Part shown: piece after piece, positions 62,601 to 64,000 of the stretch
Numbering within the stretch: the stretch's first letter is position 1
How the letters are laid out: each line of letters begins with the position of its first letter
Source of the DNA: Balanoglossus misakiensis
Taxonomy: Eukaryota; Animalia; Hemichordata
Assembly: GCA_040954595.2 (NCBI GenBank)
Contig: CM082576.2
Span: 15,671,028 to 15,735,027 of the forward strand
DNA length: 64,000 bases
Direction of reading: 5' to 3'
The notes under the pieces: model-generated
Database searches by the model: none
What the model was told of the DNA's origin: nothing
Seen by the model: only the letters and a program-made list of their open reading frames with translations
Position numbers and translations under genes: made by a program

Positions 62601-63553
62601 GTGTTAATATATAGTGGAAAGTTTGCTTTTTGTCTCATAGAATGCAGACATACGGGCATTCGGAATACATATCCACGTAATCGATATAGATGACTGGCCA
62701 CCATATTACAACAAGACCTGTGCAACACCGGTTAGGAAAGAGGTGAGAAATTATTTTATGTTGACACACCTATAGAAAAATTTAAAATACATTATAGACG
62801 CCGTGTTATGTTCCCCTATGTTGTAGCATGCGATATTTCTATCACGCGATAACTTCAACAATTAAGCATAAGGCATTTCATCAAAACAGTCATGTATGAT
62901 ATCCAGAAACTGACTTACGACCTAACTGGTCAAATGTGTAAGAGATGATAAATGTAATTAAATGAGGCCACAAATTTCAAAACTGTGTTTCCGGTAACAC
63001 GCCCGCCAGAAATAGTACAGGCGGCTAGGAAACATTTTAGTTTTCAATTATGCTTTGGACCCGGTGCTCATATTGGACTGTACAATGTAATGGTTATCTC
63101 GCTTGTATTCACGTTTCACTAAATCTCGGGGGAATTTCTCAGAATTGGATAAGAAAATGGGGTCGGGGTAGGACAAGGTAACAAGAAAATACTTTTTTTC
63201 TTGGCCTGAACTTAATGTTGTTCAGTCAACAGATCATAGTCAACAAGAGCTAGTCACTAAATTGGATTATTCAGAGAAATAGTAGCATATGTGTGCCTGA
63301 ATGTCAAATTAATATCTTCACTTTCAGTCATTTTAGACAGTAAAATTATAAATACAACCTGCAAATGTCTACATAAAAGTAAATTGCATAGAAACGAATA
63401 ACAAATTAATCTTTTATTGCAAATTTCTTCAGCAAAGTACATGGCCTTGGTTAGGAAAAGTCTTATTAGACGGTAAACCTATTTATGAGGGTTTGGACAA
63501 GACGTTCACATATATGGATGTTGGAGTGGTAGTTGATGCCAACAATTCAATAT
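59628..63553 (+). CDS. Secreted or membrane protein with a Mucin2_WxxW domain followed by a cadherin-like repeat (5' part, incomplete)
   Basis: Exon 59628-59679 MDLLNRLSWVSLLITLS (signal-peptide-like, G|GTAAGT); 60692-60949 GYWTRWFD..GDLE..CDNPSAIEVKT..GFKCLNDQQDDGMCEDYQVRFCC (WxxW domain); 61095-61180 ..VSLSVYE; 61389-61478 NLSIGSRV..FHLVYGND; 61948-62052 FNRFGV..VVVAKHLDAK..FDLIIHAYQ; 62641-62742 ..IHVIDIDDWPPYY; 63433-63553. Phases are consistent. An extra small exon near 60539 or an alternative acceptor at 60647 is possible. Confidence 0.75.
59769..60505. mobile_element. PIF/Harbinger-type MITE in intron 1 of the WxxW gene
   Basis: TAA|GGGAGCATTC...GAATGCTCCC|TAA with poly-G subterminal runs. 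Confidence 0.7.
61569..61864. mobile_element. Family A palindromic MITE, partial copy with a ~54 bp tandem duplication at its left break
   Basis: Same right terminus; AAAAATAATTATTATAATA-ACACACCT-CCATTCCGCTTGCAGACACGAAA occurs twice, near 61550 and 61604. Confidence 0.8.
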
Positions 63554-63884
63554 GTAAGTTGGTTAATATTATCGTATTTACAGTGCCTATATTACCTATA
63601 TGCGCTATTGTTCCAACAGGGAATATGTTTGGTCAATATCGAGTGGTATTCGAGTGATGTGGTCATATTTGACGAATCCCTATAGAATTAAAATTTACAA
63701 CTAATTGGAAGTGTTCATCAAGTATGAATGTGTACTTTATGCAAGTGTATACATGCATATGGATTTGAAACGGTATATTGTCTGAAAACATGTCTTATTA
63801 CACGTTAAAATAATATTTCAGGCAAAGGTTCATTAAACACGCACACACTTCAGCAGATTATTGGCCTGTGTACCGAATTCGTCC

Positions 63885-64000
63885 ATACATACGTACGTAC
63901 GTACGTACGTACGTACATACATACATACATACATACATACATAAATACATACATACATACATACATACACACACACATACACACACACACACACACACAC
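63885..64000. repeat. (TACG)n-(TACA)n-(CA)n compound microsatellite
   Basis: Seen directly; runs to the window end. Confidence 0.97.

Overview
AT-rich, intron-rich animal genomic DNA. It looks like a marine invertebrate, possibly a deuterostome, but the species cannot be determined from the sequence. Most entries in the six-frame ORF track are spurious or isolated exons. Splicing by hand gives four gene models. (1) WDR27 on the minus strand: 22 coding exons, about 910 aa, 45999 to 11412, with one U12-type intron, one GC-AG intron and two very large TE-filled terminal introns. (2) KATNBL1 on the plus strand (47633-53829, about 329 aa), head-to-head with WDR27. (3) The last two exons of a cytosolic sulfotransferase on the minus strand, whose FIRKG PAPS-binding motif is split by a Harbinger-type MITE; an inverted copy of that MITE lies on the other side of the last exon. 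(4) The 5' part of a plus-strand gene with a signal peptide, a Mucin2_WxxW domain and a cadherin-like repeat, running off the right edge. The rest is many non-autonomous DNA transposons (Kolobok-, piggyBac-, Tc1/mariner-, Harbinger- and Academ-like), a Helentron-type HINE carrying a ~238 bp tandem repeat, an RTE LINE 3' end and microsatellites. Gene and TE family names come from recalled motifs and terminal signatures, not from database searches. No prokaryotic-type system was seen. Coordinates were counted by hand.
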